NCBI GenBank assembly: GCA_019313915.1
Contig: JAFDAJ010000010.1
Location: 20,167-84,166, forward strand
Origin: Deltaproteobacteria bacterium
GTDB taxonomy: Bacteria; Myxococcota_A; Polyangia; Polyangiales; Houyiibacteriaceae
DNA: 64,000 bases
Direction: 5' to 3'
In this document: positions 28,562 to 37,088 of the stretch, piece after piece
How the letters are laid out: each line of letters opens with the position of its first letter
Numbering within the stretch: the first letter of the stretch is position 1
The notes under the pieces: generated by a model
The model's database searches: none
Told to the model about the DNA's origin: nothing
What the model saw: the letters and a program-made list of their open reading frames with translations, nothing else
Program-made: the position numbers and the translations under genes

Positions 28562-29218
28562 TTAGCTAGCGTCCGTGTCCGCGTCAGCCGCGGGCACCGC
28601 CGCGCCTTCAACCGCCGGCGTGGCAGCTGCCGCCGCTTCTTCTTCTTCCTCGGCTGCCGTCGCTTTGCGGGGCTCGAGGATGATCGCCAACGTGAGCTTG
28701 GGGCGAAGCAAGCACTCCACACCCTCTGGAAACTCGACCTCCTCGACGGAAATCGTGTCTTTGAGCTCGAGATGGGTCACGTCCACATTGATGGACACCG
28801 GGATGTTCGCCGGGGTCGTGCGAATGGGAAGTGTGCGGCGCGTGATGTTCATCACGCCACCTTGAACGACGCCTGCCGCCCTGCCCTCCGTGTGGAACGG
28901 CACATTCACCTCGAGCACTTTGTCCTCGGCAATTCGATACAAATCGACGTGCAGGAGCTCCTGCGTGACAGGGTCAGTGGTCACGTCCTTGACCATGGCC
29001 AGCTCGTCCTTGCCATCCACAGACAGCTTGAACACCACGTTCCGCCCCCGCTCGCCTCGAAGCGCTTGGGTTAGTTCTTTGGGGTACAGGGTCAGCGACG
29101 TGGACGGGACGCCCGGGCCGTAAAATACGCCCGGGATCTTTCCTTCTGCACGCAGCCGACGCGCTGGCCCCTTTCCGCGGGTACCGCGGACCTCAGCCTG
29201 CAACGTCGTCGTTTCCAT
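28562..29218 (-). CDS. rplY: 50S ribosomal protein L25 / general stress protein Ctc
   Basis: LQAEVRGTRGKGPARRLRAEGKIPGVFYG, with a long Ala/Glu-rich C-terminal tail. Starts at ATG 29218, or at TTG 29233 abutting the prs stop. Confidence 0.9.
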   Translation of the reverse strand: METTTLQAEVRGTRGKGPARRLRAEGKIPGVFYGPGVPSTSLTLYPKELTQALRGERGRNVVFKLSVDGKDELAMVKDVTTDPVTQELLHVDLYRIAEDKVLEVNVPFHTEGRAAGVVQGGVMNITRRTLPIRTTPANIPVSINVDVTHLELKDTISVEEVEFPEGVECLLRPKLTLAIILEPRKATAAEEEEEAAAAATPAVEGAAVPAADADTDAS

Positions 29219-29233
29219 TCTCAATTGCTCCAA

Positions 29234-30175
29234 TTAAACAAACAGCGAGCTCACCGAGTCGCTGTGGTGAATCCGTTTGATGGCCTCTCCTAGCAAACTT
29301 GCCACCGAAAGCACGCGGAAGCGGCCTGTCTGCTCGGCTTCCTCCCGAAGGGGGATGGTGTCGGTCACGATTACCTCTTCCAGGGGGGAGTTCACGATGC
29401 GATCGAGCGCCGGGCCGGACAAAACCGGGTGCGTGGCGGCAGCCATGACCCTTTTGGCACCCTGCTCCCGCAGCGCCCGAGCCGCATTGGTCATCGTGCC
29501 GGCTGTGTCGATCATGTCGTCCAAAATCAGGCATTCCCGCCCATCGACGTCGCCGATGATGTGCATCACCTCGCTGACGTTCTTTTCCTCGCGGCGCTTA
29601 TCGATGATGGCCAGATCGGCGCCTAGTCGCTTCGCGTAGGCCCTGGTGCGCTCCACTCCACCCGCATCGGGCGATACCAGGACCGGCGGCACGGGGAACC
29701 GCGGCCTCAAGTGCTCCAAGAAGACTGGCATGGCGTACAGATGGTCAAACGGCTTGTTGAAAAAGCCCTGGATTTGGCCGGCGTGCAAATCCATCGAAAC
29801 GACTCGGTCGACGCCGGAGGCGCTCAGCAGGTCGGCCACCAGCTTCGCGGTGATCGGCGTCCGCGGCGCAGCCTTTCTGTCCTGTCGCGCGTATCCGTAA
29901 TAAGGGACGACAGCCGTAATCGAACCGGCAGATGCGCGCTTCAGCGCGTCGATCATCACCAAGAGCTCCATCAAGTTATCGTTGACGGGCGTACACGTCG
30001 ATTGGATGACGTACACATCCACACCGCGCACGTTTTCCTTGATTTCCGCGAATACCTCGCCATCCGAAAAACGCGTTACACGCGCACGGGCTACGGGCAA
30101 TTCCAGATAATGGGCGATCTTCTCAGCGAGAGCCGGATTGGAGTTGCCCGAGAAAACGCAGGTCGACTTGAACAT
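29234..30175 (-). CDS. prs: ribose-phosphate pyrophosphokinase
   Basis: 313 aa with [13 protein letters not shown] and the PRPP loop [11 protein letters not shown]. Confidence 0.95.
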   Translation of the reverse strand: MFKSTCVFSGNSNPALAEKIAHYLELPVARARVTRFSDGEVFAEIKENVRGVDVYVIQSTCTPVNDNLMELLVMIDALKRASAGSITAVVPYYGYARQDRKAAPRTPITAKLVADLLSASGVDRVVSMDLHAGQIQGFFNKPFDHLYAMPVFLEHLRPRFPVPPVLVSPDAGGVERTRAYAKRLGADLAIIDKRREEKNVSEVMHIIGDVDGRECLILDDMIDTAGTMTNAARALREQGAKRVMAAATHPVLSGPALDRIVNSPLEEVIVTDTIPLREEAEQTGRFRVLSVASLLGEAIKRIHHSDSVSSLFV

Positions 30176-30370
30176 CGGTGGTTCCCCTTAACTGAACCGA
30201 GAGCTGCCGCCGGGTGGGAAGGCGACCGTGGGTAGCAAAGCGTCCGTCGAGTGTCAACCACGAGCTCTTTCGAAAAACGCTGGACAAAATTCATGCCGTA
30301 GTTTCCGGCCAATACGTGGTTGAGCTTCGTGTCGCGGGAGTGTACACCCATCGCTCCCGCACTCGGAGGA

Positions 30371-31198
30371 ATGATGACGCCAAGCGTGACATTGTTGACG
30401 GAACGCGAACATGTCGTGCAGCAGTGGCGACAGGCGCTGACGAAGCACGACATCGAACCGAAGGTCGTCGCACCAAGCGACCTCGCGAATGCAGTCGATG
30501 GTCAGGTGGCCATCGTCGTCGATGTTGATGGCGCAGGGCTCGACGCAGACGAGCTTCTCTCCACGATTGCTTTCGTGCGCGCGTCAGGCGCATTGCCGAT
30601 CGCCCACATCGATCGTGATCGCGATGCGCTCGAAGACATCATCACCGAGCTCTGTCACGGACTGGTCACCAGTGGAGACCGAGACGTCGCCCAAGTCGCA
30701 GCGGCCATCACACGGCGCGCCGATCGGCTGCGCCATCTTCGTTTTGAGTTCGTGACGGTCTCTCCATGTGGCGACGACGTGCTGGCGGTGATGGGGAACG
30801 GCGACGCCTCCCTTCATCGACGGCCGCTCGACGCATCAGACGACGGGTCCGACATTGCGAGCATCACGATTGATCCGAGCGCGGCGAGGGCGACACTTCA
30901 TTTGAAGAGCGGCGCCGTCTGCCAACTCGTCGCTGCGTCGATGGTTGCGGATTCCGGCATGATCAACGGCCAAGACGACATCGCGATCGATGGCGAGAAG
31001 CTTGGCGCGCGTCTGCGTGAGCTCCGACTTGCTGCCGGCCTCACGCAAGCCGAGCTGGCGCGACGTACCGGCATCCATCGTCCTAACATCGCGCGCGTGG
31101 AAGCTGGGCGGCACACCCCTTCGCTCGAGACGCTGGCGCGTATCGCGAACGCGATCGGCGTGTCGACGACACACGTCCTGATATCCCGCAGGTCATGA
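30371..31198 (+). CDS. XRE-family HTH regulator with an uncharacterised N-terminal domain
   Basis: C-terminal Cro/C1 HTH: LGARLRELRLAAGLTQAELARRTGIHRPNIARVEAGRHTPSLETLARIANAIGV. ATG 30371 follows GGAGGA. The N-terminal 200 aa have no recognisable motif. Confidence 0.7.
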   Translation: MMTPSVTLLTEREHVVQQWRQALTKHDIEPKVVAPSDLANAVDGQVAIVVDVDGAGLDADELLSTIAFVRASGALPIAHIDRDRDALEDIITELCHGLVTSGDRDVAQVAAAITRRADRLRHLRFEFVTVSPCGDDVLAVMGNGDASLHRRPLDASDDGSDIASITIDPSAARATLHLKSGAVCQLVAASMVADSGMINGQDDIAIDGEKLGARLRELRLAAGLTQAELARRTGIHRPNIARVEAGRHTPSLETLARIANAIGVSTTHVLISRRS

Positions 31199-32028
31199 GC
31201 GGCGATACGCCTGACAAACCCATCAGAGACGCTTCGACGGTCATCATTCTGCGCGAAGCCGATGAAGGCCTGGAGACGTTCCTGCTCTGCCGACACCATC
31301 AAAGCGGATTCATGGGCGGCGCGCACGTATTCCCCGGCGGGAAGGTCGACCCGAGCGATGCGGAACCGAGCTGGGGCGCCAGGGTCGACCGGCCAACCGA
31401 AGAGATCACCGCGGCGCTCGGCGAGACCGACCCGGAGATCGGACTGGGTCTGCTGGTCGCTGCGGTGCGAGAAACGTTCGAAGAAGCCGGCGTGCTGTTG
31501 GCGGACGCCGCTGCGGGCGTGGACTTGTCAGCAACTCGTGAACGACTCCACGGCGGCGCTTCGTTTTCGGAGCTCGCCAGCGAAATCGACATGAAAATCG
31601 ACTCGAGGGCGTTGACGCCGTACGCGCGGTGGATCACGCCCAAAATGGAGAGCCGCCGCTTCGACACACGGTTCTATGTCGCCGTGGTGCCCGAAGATCA
31701 AACCGCATCACACGACGGCACCGAAACGACGTCGGCAACTTGGCTCCGCCCGGCCGGCGCAATCGAAGACATGGTTGCCGGCCGAATCAAGTTGGCGCCG
31801 CCGACCGTACGAACCTTGGATTGGCTCGCGCAGTTCGACGACGCGAAGTCGGTGATCGCCGATGCCCTTTCGCGAAAGCCGCCGCTGGTCCGGCCGCGAC
31901 TCGTCACTGGCACCGATGGCTGGTTCCTGGCACTGCCGGGCGACCCCGAACACCCCGAGAGTGACCCCGTGCTGCCGGGCGCGACGCGCATGGTGTTCGA
32001 CAACGGCGTCTGGCGCGACGCGCCTTAG
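31195..32028 (+). CDS. NUDIX hydrolase
   Basis: Nudix box GGKVDPSD..AAVRETFEEAGVLL. Its ATG overlaps the stop of the upstream HTH gene (ATGA). Confidence 0.8.
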   Translation: MSGDTPDKPIRDASTVIILREADEGLETFLLCRHHQSGFMGGAHVFPGGKVDPSDAEPSWGARVDRPTEEITAALGETDPEIGLGLLVAAVRETFEEAGVLLADAAAGVDLSATRERLHGGASFSELASEIDMKIDSRALTPYARWITPKMESRRFDTRFYVAVVPEDQTASHDGTETTSATWLRPAGAIEDMVAGRIKLAPPTVRTLDWLAQFDDAKSVIADALSRKPPLVRPRLVTGTDGWFLALPGDPEHPESDPVLPGATRMVFDNGVWRDAP

Positions 32029-32073
32029 CGTGTTCGCTAGGCTACAGTTTTTCCAGATTTTTCAAGATATCCC

Positions 32074-32685
32074 TTGTCTCCGTGGGAACGGAACCGCTAC
32101 CCAAGAGAGATGGTGGCCGACGCGCAGAAGTCCGAGGGTCTCTTCACGGCATCGCAGATCGCGCGCTTCTGCCAGGTCGATTTGAAGACGATCCACAACT
32201 GGGCCGATCGAGGTCAGATTCCGCACTTCCGAACGCCCGGACGTCATCTGCGTTTTCGACGCCCACATGTCCTCGATTTCCTGCGCAAGTACGGCTACCC
32301 GATCCCCGAGGAGCTAGAAGCGGAGCGCCCCCGCGTTGCGCTCTTCGTTGATGGAATGCGCGGCAAGGATCGGGTTCTATCCACACTACGAACCACGTTC
32401 GAAATCGTGGACTACCCCGATCCGCTGACAGGCTTGCTCCAGATCGGTGAGCAGCCCCCAGACGCCGTCGTGCTAGGCGCGAAGGTCGGCCACCTCTCAG
32501 GCGCAGAGATCATCGAAGCACTCAAACGCGGCGACAACACTCAACACGTCCGCGCGGTCTTGTTAGCTGGCGATGAAGCCGACAAGCAGGCCGCACTCGA
32601 AGCAGGGGCTTCGGCGCATGTGAGCCCAAGCAACGTGACGGGACTGAGGGATACGCTCGAAGCGCTCATGGGCATCAGGCACTAA
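32074..32685 (+). CDS. excisionase/MerR-type HTH protein fused to a degenerate receiver-like domain
   Basis: N-terminal HTH LFTASQIARFCQVDLKTIHNWADRGQIPHFRTPGRHLRF. The C-terminal region has a CheY-like beta/alpha pattern, but Gly replaces the expected phospho-Asp (PDAVVLGAKV). The start is either TTG 32074 or ATG 32110. Confidence 0.6.
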   Translation: MSPWERNRYPREMVADAQKSEGLFTASQIARFCQVDLKTIHNWADRGQIPHFRTPGRHLRFRRPHVLDFLRKYGYPIPEELEAERPRVALFVDGMRGKDRVLSTLRTTFEIVDYPDPLTGLLQIGEQPPDAVVLGAKVGHLSGAEIIEALKRGDNTQHVRAVLLAGDEADKQAALEAGASAHVSPSNVTGLRDTLEALMGIRH

Positions 32686-32686
32686 T

Positions 32687-32746
32687 CACTGGCACTGGCA
32701 CTGGCACTGGCACTGGCACTGGCACCGGCACTGGCACCGGCACTCG
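32687..32746. repeat. hexanucleotide microsatellite (CACTGG)6 plus 4 variant units
   Basis: Read directly: cactgg x6, caccgg, cactgg, caccgg, cactcg. It begins 1 nt after the stop codon at 32683-32685. A CTCGGGY heptamer run follows at 32743-32777. Confidence 0.9.
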
Positions 32747-32955
32747 GGCCTCGGGTCTCGGGTCTCAGGACTCGATCCCCGACCCGACCCGAGCCGCGAG
32801 GCTTGAGATCTGGGGCTCGCGACCCGGGGCCCACGGCCCGAGGCTCGGGTGGTACGTCGGCGCCGACACTCGCACTCGAGGCTCGAGACTCACGGGCAAG
32901 GGCACGTGTGGGCCCCTCGGTTGCAGAGCGCTCGGACCTGGCGTAATCCCGGCAC

Positions 32956-33618
32956 ATGCCCCTCTCCGCCCTCAAATACGACTCTCAGGGCCTCGTCGCT
33001 GTCATCGCGCAGGACGCGGAGACCGGGGAGGTGCGGATGATGGCGTACGCGGATGAAACGGCCGTCGAGCGCACACTGGAAACCGGTGTTGCCCACTTCT
33101 ACAGCCGCTCGCGGCAACAGCTCTGGAAGAAGGGCGAGAGCAGCGGGAACACGTTAGGAGTCCGCAGCGTATGGATCGACTGTGACGGCGACACGCTGAT
33201 CTACCTGGTCGATCCCGCCGGCCCGTCCTGCCACACCGGCGCACAGACCTGCTTCTTTCGCCGTTTGGACCCCGACGGCGATCTAATCGACGCGGGCAGC
33301 GACAGCGCGGCACCCACCCTACTCCGCCTTGAGCGCACGCTACAGGAGCGCAAAGCCTCGGATGCCGGGAAGAGCTACACCAAATCATTGCTGGACGCGG
33401 GTCCAACGAAGGTCGACGCCAAGCTCCGCGAGGAAGCAGCCGAGTTGGGCAAGGCGCTGATCGAAGAATCCGATGAGCGCGTCGCCTCGGAAGCCGGTGA
33501 CGTCCTCTACCACCTGTTGGTAGGTCTAGTGCTACGCGAAGTCCCCCTCCGAGCCCTCTTCACCGAGCTCTCGAGCCGGTTCGCTCAATCCGGCCACGAA
33601 GAAAAAGCCTCACGCTAA
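32956..33618 (+). CDS. hisIE: bifunctional phosphoribosyl-AMP cyclohydrolase / phosphoribosyl-ATP pyrophosphatase
   Basis: HisI blocks (FYSRSRQQLWKKGESSGN, DCDGDTLIYLVDPAGPSCHTG) are followed by HisE blocks (SYTKSLL, KLREEAAEL, EAGDVLYHLLV). Confidence 0.95.
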   Translation: MPLSALKYDSQGLVAVIAQDAETGEVRMMAYADETAVERTLETGVAHFYSRSRQQLWKKGESSGNTLGVRSVWIDCDGDTLIYLVDPAGPSCHTGAQTCFFRRLDPDGDLIDAGSDSAAPTLLRLERTLQERKASDAGKSYTKSLLDAGPTKVDAKLREEAAELGKALIEESDERVASEAGDVLYHLLVGLVLREVPLRALFTELSSRFAQSGHEEKASR

Positions 33619-33625
33619 CCCATCG

Positions 33626-33645
33626 AAAAGGGGACTCTCCCCTTA
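33626..33645 (+). terminator. weak intrinsic terminator hairpin after hisIE
   Basis: AAGGGGA-CTC-TCCCCTT has the same GGGGA/TCCCC core as the trxB terminator. Only a short T tract follows. Confidence 0.3.
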
Positions 33646-33661
33646 CTTAGTGTGCGAGAGA

Positions 33662-33760
33662 TTTTCGTCTGTGGTCGAGCGCCCCCGCAGGGAACGACTG
33701 AGAGGTACATCAGTACCTCGCAGGGAGTGACCGAGGAGGTAAGCCGACCACAGGCGAAAA
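33662..33760 (+). other. 99-nt rod-like palindromic element (candidate structured RNA or REP-like element)
   Basis: A 16-bp outer stem (TTTTCGTCTGTGGTCG with CGACCACAGGCGAAAA, one G.U if read on the + strand). A central 7-bp hairpin GAGGTAC-atca-GTACCTC. Two direct CGCAGGGAnnGAC copies flank the centre. Confidence 0.5.
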
Positions 33761-33770
33761 GATCCGCAAA

Positions 33771-34259
33771 CTAGTTCAGGATGGCTTCTAGGTCGCGCTC
33801 GATTGTCTCTTCTCGGACGCGGCGGGCTAGGGCCAGCTCGGTGATTAGGAGCTTGCGGGCTTGCTCCATCAGTTTTTTCTCGCCGTAGCTGAGCTCGCCC
33901 TTGTCAGCGCGCACCTTCGACAAGTCGCGCAAGACCTTGGCGACCTTGATCGGCGAGCCGCTCTTGAGCATTTCGGTGTACTCGCGGTAGCGCCGGTTCC
34001 AGGGCTGGGAGGTCACCGCCATCTCGTCCTTCTTCAGCTCAGCAAGCACGGTCTTGGCAGCGCTTCGCGACATTACCTGACGAAGACCGACTCGGTCGAC
34101 GGCGTTCAAAGCGACTCGGATGGTGCCCGCCTTCCCGTTCAGAAGCTTGAGGGTGTAGAAGTCGATTTTGTCGGAACCGATCAACCGCTCCTCGATTTGC
34201 GTGATTTCTCCGACGCCGTGGGCCGGATGAACTGCTTTGTCGCCTACGCTGAAGCTCAT
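33771..34259 (-). CDS. CarD/CdnL family transcriptional regulator
   Basis: MSFSVGDKAVHPAHGVGEITQIEE..YTLKLLNG..LSYGEKKLMEQARKLL matches the CarD_CdnL_TRCF domain. ATG 34259 follows GGGAGA. Confidence 0.9.
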   Translation of the reverse strand: MSFSVGDKAVHPAHGVGEITQIEERLIGSDKIDFYTLKLLNGKAGTIRVALNAVDRVGLRQVMSRSAAKTVLAELKKDEMAVTSQPWNRRYREYTEMLKSGSPIKVAKVLRDLSKVRADKGELSYGEKKLMEQARKLLITELALARRVREETIERDLEAILN

Positions 34260-34289
34260 GAGATAAGTCTCCCTTGAGTGCACTGAGTC

Positions 34290-34322
34290 AAAAACGACGA
34301 AAACCCGCGCCGGGAGCGCGGG
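34290..34322 (-). terminator. GC hairpin plus T tract (recA terminator and/or cdnL leader structure)
   Basis: On the minus strand: CCCGCGC-tcccg-GCGCGGG followed by TTTTCGTCGTTTTT. It lies 150 nt downstream of the recA stop and 30 nt upstream of the cdnL ATG. Confidence 0.45.
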
Positions 34323-34371
34323 CGAGAAGTGATTCGCCGTCGAGTGTGCAACTAACTACATGCACGTAATC

Positions 34372-34400
34372 TCTATAGCAAAAGCAGACCCGAAAGTCAA
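34372..34400 (-). promoter_or_regulatory. sigma70-like promoter, probably for cdnL
   Basis: On the minus strand: TTGACT-N17-TATAGA, within a locally AT-rich stretch. Confidence 0.35.
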
Positions 34401-34471
34401 TGCCTACTTTTGGCCAAAGCTGTTTGATTCCAGCAGTTTGGAGCCTTTTCGCGGCACCCCGGAAAAGGGGT

Positions 34472-35560
34472 TCAGTTAGGCCGGGCTCGCTTGCTAGCAG
34501 CCGCTTTGAGAGGCGGAGCCGCCGGTGCCTTGGCTTCGGCCTTCGGCTCTGCAGGCGTGTCTTCTTTGATGAGCCCGTGCTTCTGAAGCAGCTGGCGTTC
34601 GACCTTCGCAAGAATGTCAGGATGCTCTTCGAGGAAGGTGCGCGCGTTATCGCGACCTTGCCCGACGCGCTCTTCACCGTAGCTGTACCAGGCGCCCGAC
34701 TTGTTGATGATGTCTGCCTCGACGCCGAGGTCGAGCACGTCGCCGGTGCGGCTGATGCCCTTGCCGAAAAGGATATCGAACTCGCACAGACGGAACGGCG
34801 GGGCGAGCTTGTTTTTGACGACCTTGACACGGCAACGGTTGCCGACCGCAGTGTCACCGACTTTGATCGTGCCGATGCGGCGAATGTCGAGACGCTGCGA
34901 CGCGTAGAATTTGAGCGCGTTGCCACCGCTGGTCGTTTCGGGGCTCCCGAACATCACGCCGATCTTCATGCGGATCTGGTTGATGAAGAAGAGAGTGGCG
35001 TTGCTCTTCTGGATGGTGCTGGTGAGCTTTCGGAGCGCCTGGCTCATCAGGCGCGCCTGCAAGCCGACGTGGGTGTCACCCATCTCCCCTTCGAGCTCCG
35101 CGCGGGGCACCAGGGCCGCCACCGAGTCGATGACGATGATGTCGACCGCGCACGAGCGGATGAGGGTGTCGGCGATCTCGAGGGCCTGCTCGCCGTAGTC
35201 GGGCTGGCTGACCAGGAGCTCGTCGACATTCACCCCTAGCTTGCGAGCGTAGCTGGGGTCGAGGGCGTGCTCGGCGTCGATGAAGGCCGCGATGCCCCCT
35301 TTTTTCTGACACTCGGCGATCGCATGGAGGGTCAAAGTCGTCTTGCCGCTCGACTCCGGCCCATAGATCTCGACGATGCGGCCCCGCGGATATCCTCCAA
35401 CGCCCAAGGCGAGATCGAGGGAAATCGTGCCGCTCGAAATCACCGGCACCCCGAGGTTGGCAGCGGCATCCCCCATGCGCATGATCGCTCCTTTTCCGTA
35501 AGCTTTCTCAATAGTTCCGAGGGCTAGGTTGAGGGCTTTTTCGCGATTCGAGTCTGCCAT
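34472..35560 (-). CDS. recA: recombinase RecA
   Basis: 362 aa with Walker [20 protein letters not shown], and L1/L2 loop regions. Full-length RecA similarity. Confidence 0.97.
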   Translation of the reverse strand: MADSNREKALNLALGTIEKAYGKGAIMRMGDAAANLGVPVISSGTISLDLALGVGGYPRGRIVEIYGPESSGKTTLTLHAIAECQKKGGIAAFIDAEHALDPSYARKLGVNVDELLVSQPDYGEQALEIADTLIRSCAVDIIVIDSVAALVPRAELEGEMGDTHVGLQARLMSQALRKLTSTIQKSNATLFFINQIRMKIGVMFGSPETTSGGNALKFYASQRLDIRRIGTIKVGDTAVGNRCRVKVVKNKLAPPFRLCEFDILFGKGISRTGDVLDLGVEADIINKSGAWYSYGEERVGQGRDNARTFLEEHPDILAKVERQLLQKHGLIKEDTPAEPKAEAKAPAAPPLKAAASKRARPN

Positions 35561-35586
35561 GGAGCGGATTCCTTTGAGTGAAAGTA

Positions 35587-35603
35587 CCTGAACATCCGTC
35601 TAG
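35587..35603 (-). promoter_or_regulatory. putative LexA (SOS) box upstream of recA
   Basis: The minus-strand sequence CTAGACGGATGTTCAGG matches the LexA box reported for Myxococcus xanthus (CTRHAMRYBYGTTCAGS) at 14/17 positions, including the GTTCAGG half. It lies 27 nt upstream of the recA ATG. Confidence 0.45.
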
Positions 35604-35714
35604 TCGGCTTCCTTGCGGTAGTCAAGTTTGTGATCGGGAAAGTGCCCGATGAGGCCCCCCGGACCTGCATAGGACCGCACCCTACCCCGACCAGCCCCCG
35701 GCGGCGAGAGTGGA

Positions 35715-36974
35715 TCACCGCCCCAAGAGATTGAGGTCGCGCCCTAGAACCGCACGCCGGACGAGCTCGAGCGCGACATAGGCCGACAAGGTTTGAACGC
35801 GATCTCGTCCCCAAGGAAGCTTCCGGTGCTTGGTGACGGTCGGCTCGCCCTTGCGCGCCAGGCCAAACCACACGGTCCCTACGGGCTTGTCCTCGGTGCC
35901 GCCGCCAGGCCCCGCAACGCCGGTGATCGACACGGCGATGTCTGCACCGACCACCCGCAGCGCCCCCTCCGCCATCGCGGCGGCCGTCTCCGAGCTGACC
36001 GCACCATGGACGCTCAGCACCTCCGGGCTCACCCCGAGCACCGCTTCTTTGGCGCTGTTGGCGTACACGACCGCGTCGAGCAGCAGATAGTCCGAGGCGC
36101 CAGGAATGCGGGTCAGCATTTCGCCCACCTGCCCGCCCGTGCACGACTCAGCCACCGCGAGGGTCTTGCCCGCGTCACGAAGAGCCTTGCCAACGACCTC
36201 TGCAAAGGAATCGCTGCGGCCGCCAAACACGGCATCACCGAGGAGCGCGCGGACCTCGTCGGCGATCAAGCCCGCGAGCCGCTCGGCTTCGGCCGCCGAA
36301 TCGGCGCGCACGTGAACCTTCACCTCGATCTCGGGGAAGTGTGCGCGGTAGCCGAGGGTCAGCCCTTCGTGTGCTTTCTCGAGGCCGCCAAGCACCTCGG
36401 CGACCCCCGACTCGGTCATGCCAAACGTCCGCAGGTGCACCTGATGGGTTCGCGGTTCGGCAAGCGAGGCAATGGCCGGCACGATCGATTCGCGAAAGAT
36501 GTGCTTCATTTCGCGGGGCACGCCCGGAATGAAGAAGAAGCGTGCCTGGCCCAAGGTGATCGCAAACCCGGGCGCAGTACCTGCGGGGTTCGATAAAACG
36601 TCCGCGCCTTCGGGGAAGTCGCCTTGTTTCGCATTGGATTCCGGCATCACCCGCGCGAACGCCTTGAACTTCTGCCGAATCCCTTCGACCACACTTTCGT
36701 CGCGGACGAGCTGGACGCCTGCCGCTTTGGCGGCCGCCGCGGTGGTGAGGTCATCGGAGGTCGGCCCGAGTCCGCCCGTGACAATTACGACGCGATGCTC
36801 GTCGGCAAAGCTGCGTATGAGCGTCACGATTCGATCCAAATCGTCATCGACCGTGGCGTGCTCGACGACGTCGAAGCCGAGCTTGGTCAGCTCCTCGCCT
36901 AACCACGCGGCATTGGTATTGACCAACTCACCACGGGTGAGCTCGGTACCGATCGATAAGACTGCGGCAGTCAT
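35715..36974 (-). CDS. cinA: competence/damage-inducible protein CinA (MoCF-binding plus PncC deamidase domains)
   Basis: MTAAVLSIGTELTRGELVNTNAAWL..VTGGLGPTSDDLT at the N-terminus and a CinA C-terminal domain (AVAESCTGG). It lies directly upstream of recA. Confidence 0.9.
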   Translation of the reverse strand: MTAAVLSIGTELTRGELVNTNAAWLGEELTKLGFDVVEHATVDDDLDRIVTLIRSFADEHRVVIVTGGLGPTSDDLTTAAAAKAAGVQLVRDESVVEGIRQKFKAFARVMPESNAKQGDFPEGADVLSNPAGTAPGFAITLGQARFFFIPGVPREMKHIFRESIVPAIASLAEPRTHQVHLRTFGMTESGVAEVLGGLEKAHEGLTLGYRAHFPEIEVKVHVRADSAAEAERLAGLIADEVRALLGDAVFGGRSDSFAEVVGKALRDAGKTLAVAESCTGGQVGEMLTRIPGASDYLLLDAVVYANSAKEAVLGVSPEVLSVHGAVSSETAAAMAEGALRVVGADIAVSITGVAGPGGGTEDKPVGTVWFGLARKGEPTVTKHRKLPWGRDRVQTLSAYVALELVRRAVLGRDLNLLGR

Positions 36975-37088
36975 GCGGGTCGGGGAGTGTCCGCAAAACC
37001 GCGTGGCCCGTCAACCGCTTTGCCCTCCGGAGCGGATGTGGTAGCGACCTGGAAGCTTTTCCGCGTTTCTCGTGTTGATGGGAGTCAG

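Noticed and set aside
32687-32777. The repeat tract as a possible CRISPR array, or as coding for an (Ala-Ser)n protein (minus ORF 32682-32975).
   Set aside because: The units are 6-7 bp with no spacers, so it is not a CRISPR. The antisense ORF has no RBS or start context and consists only of repeat-derived low-complexity sequence.
33662-33760. Whether the 99-nt element could be SRP RNA, 6S RNA, a tRNA-like element or another known housekeeping RNA.
   Set aside because: It lacks the SRP domain IV motifs (GGAA tetraloop with AGCA/GGAAG loops), it is far too short for 6S, RNase P or tmRNA, and it has no tRNA T-arm. It is kept only as an unclassified structure.
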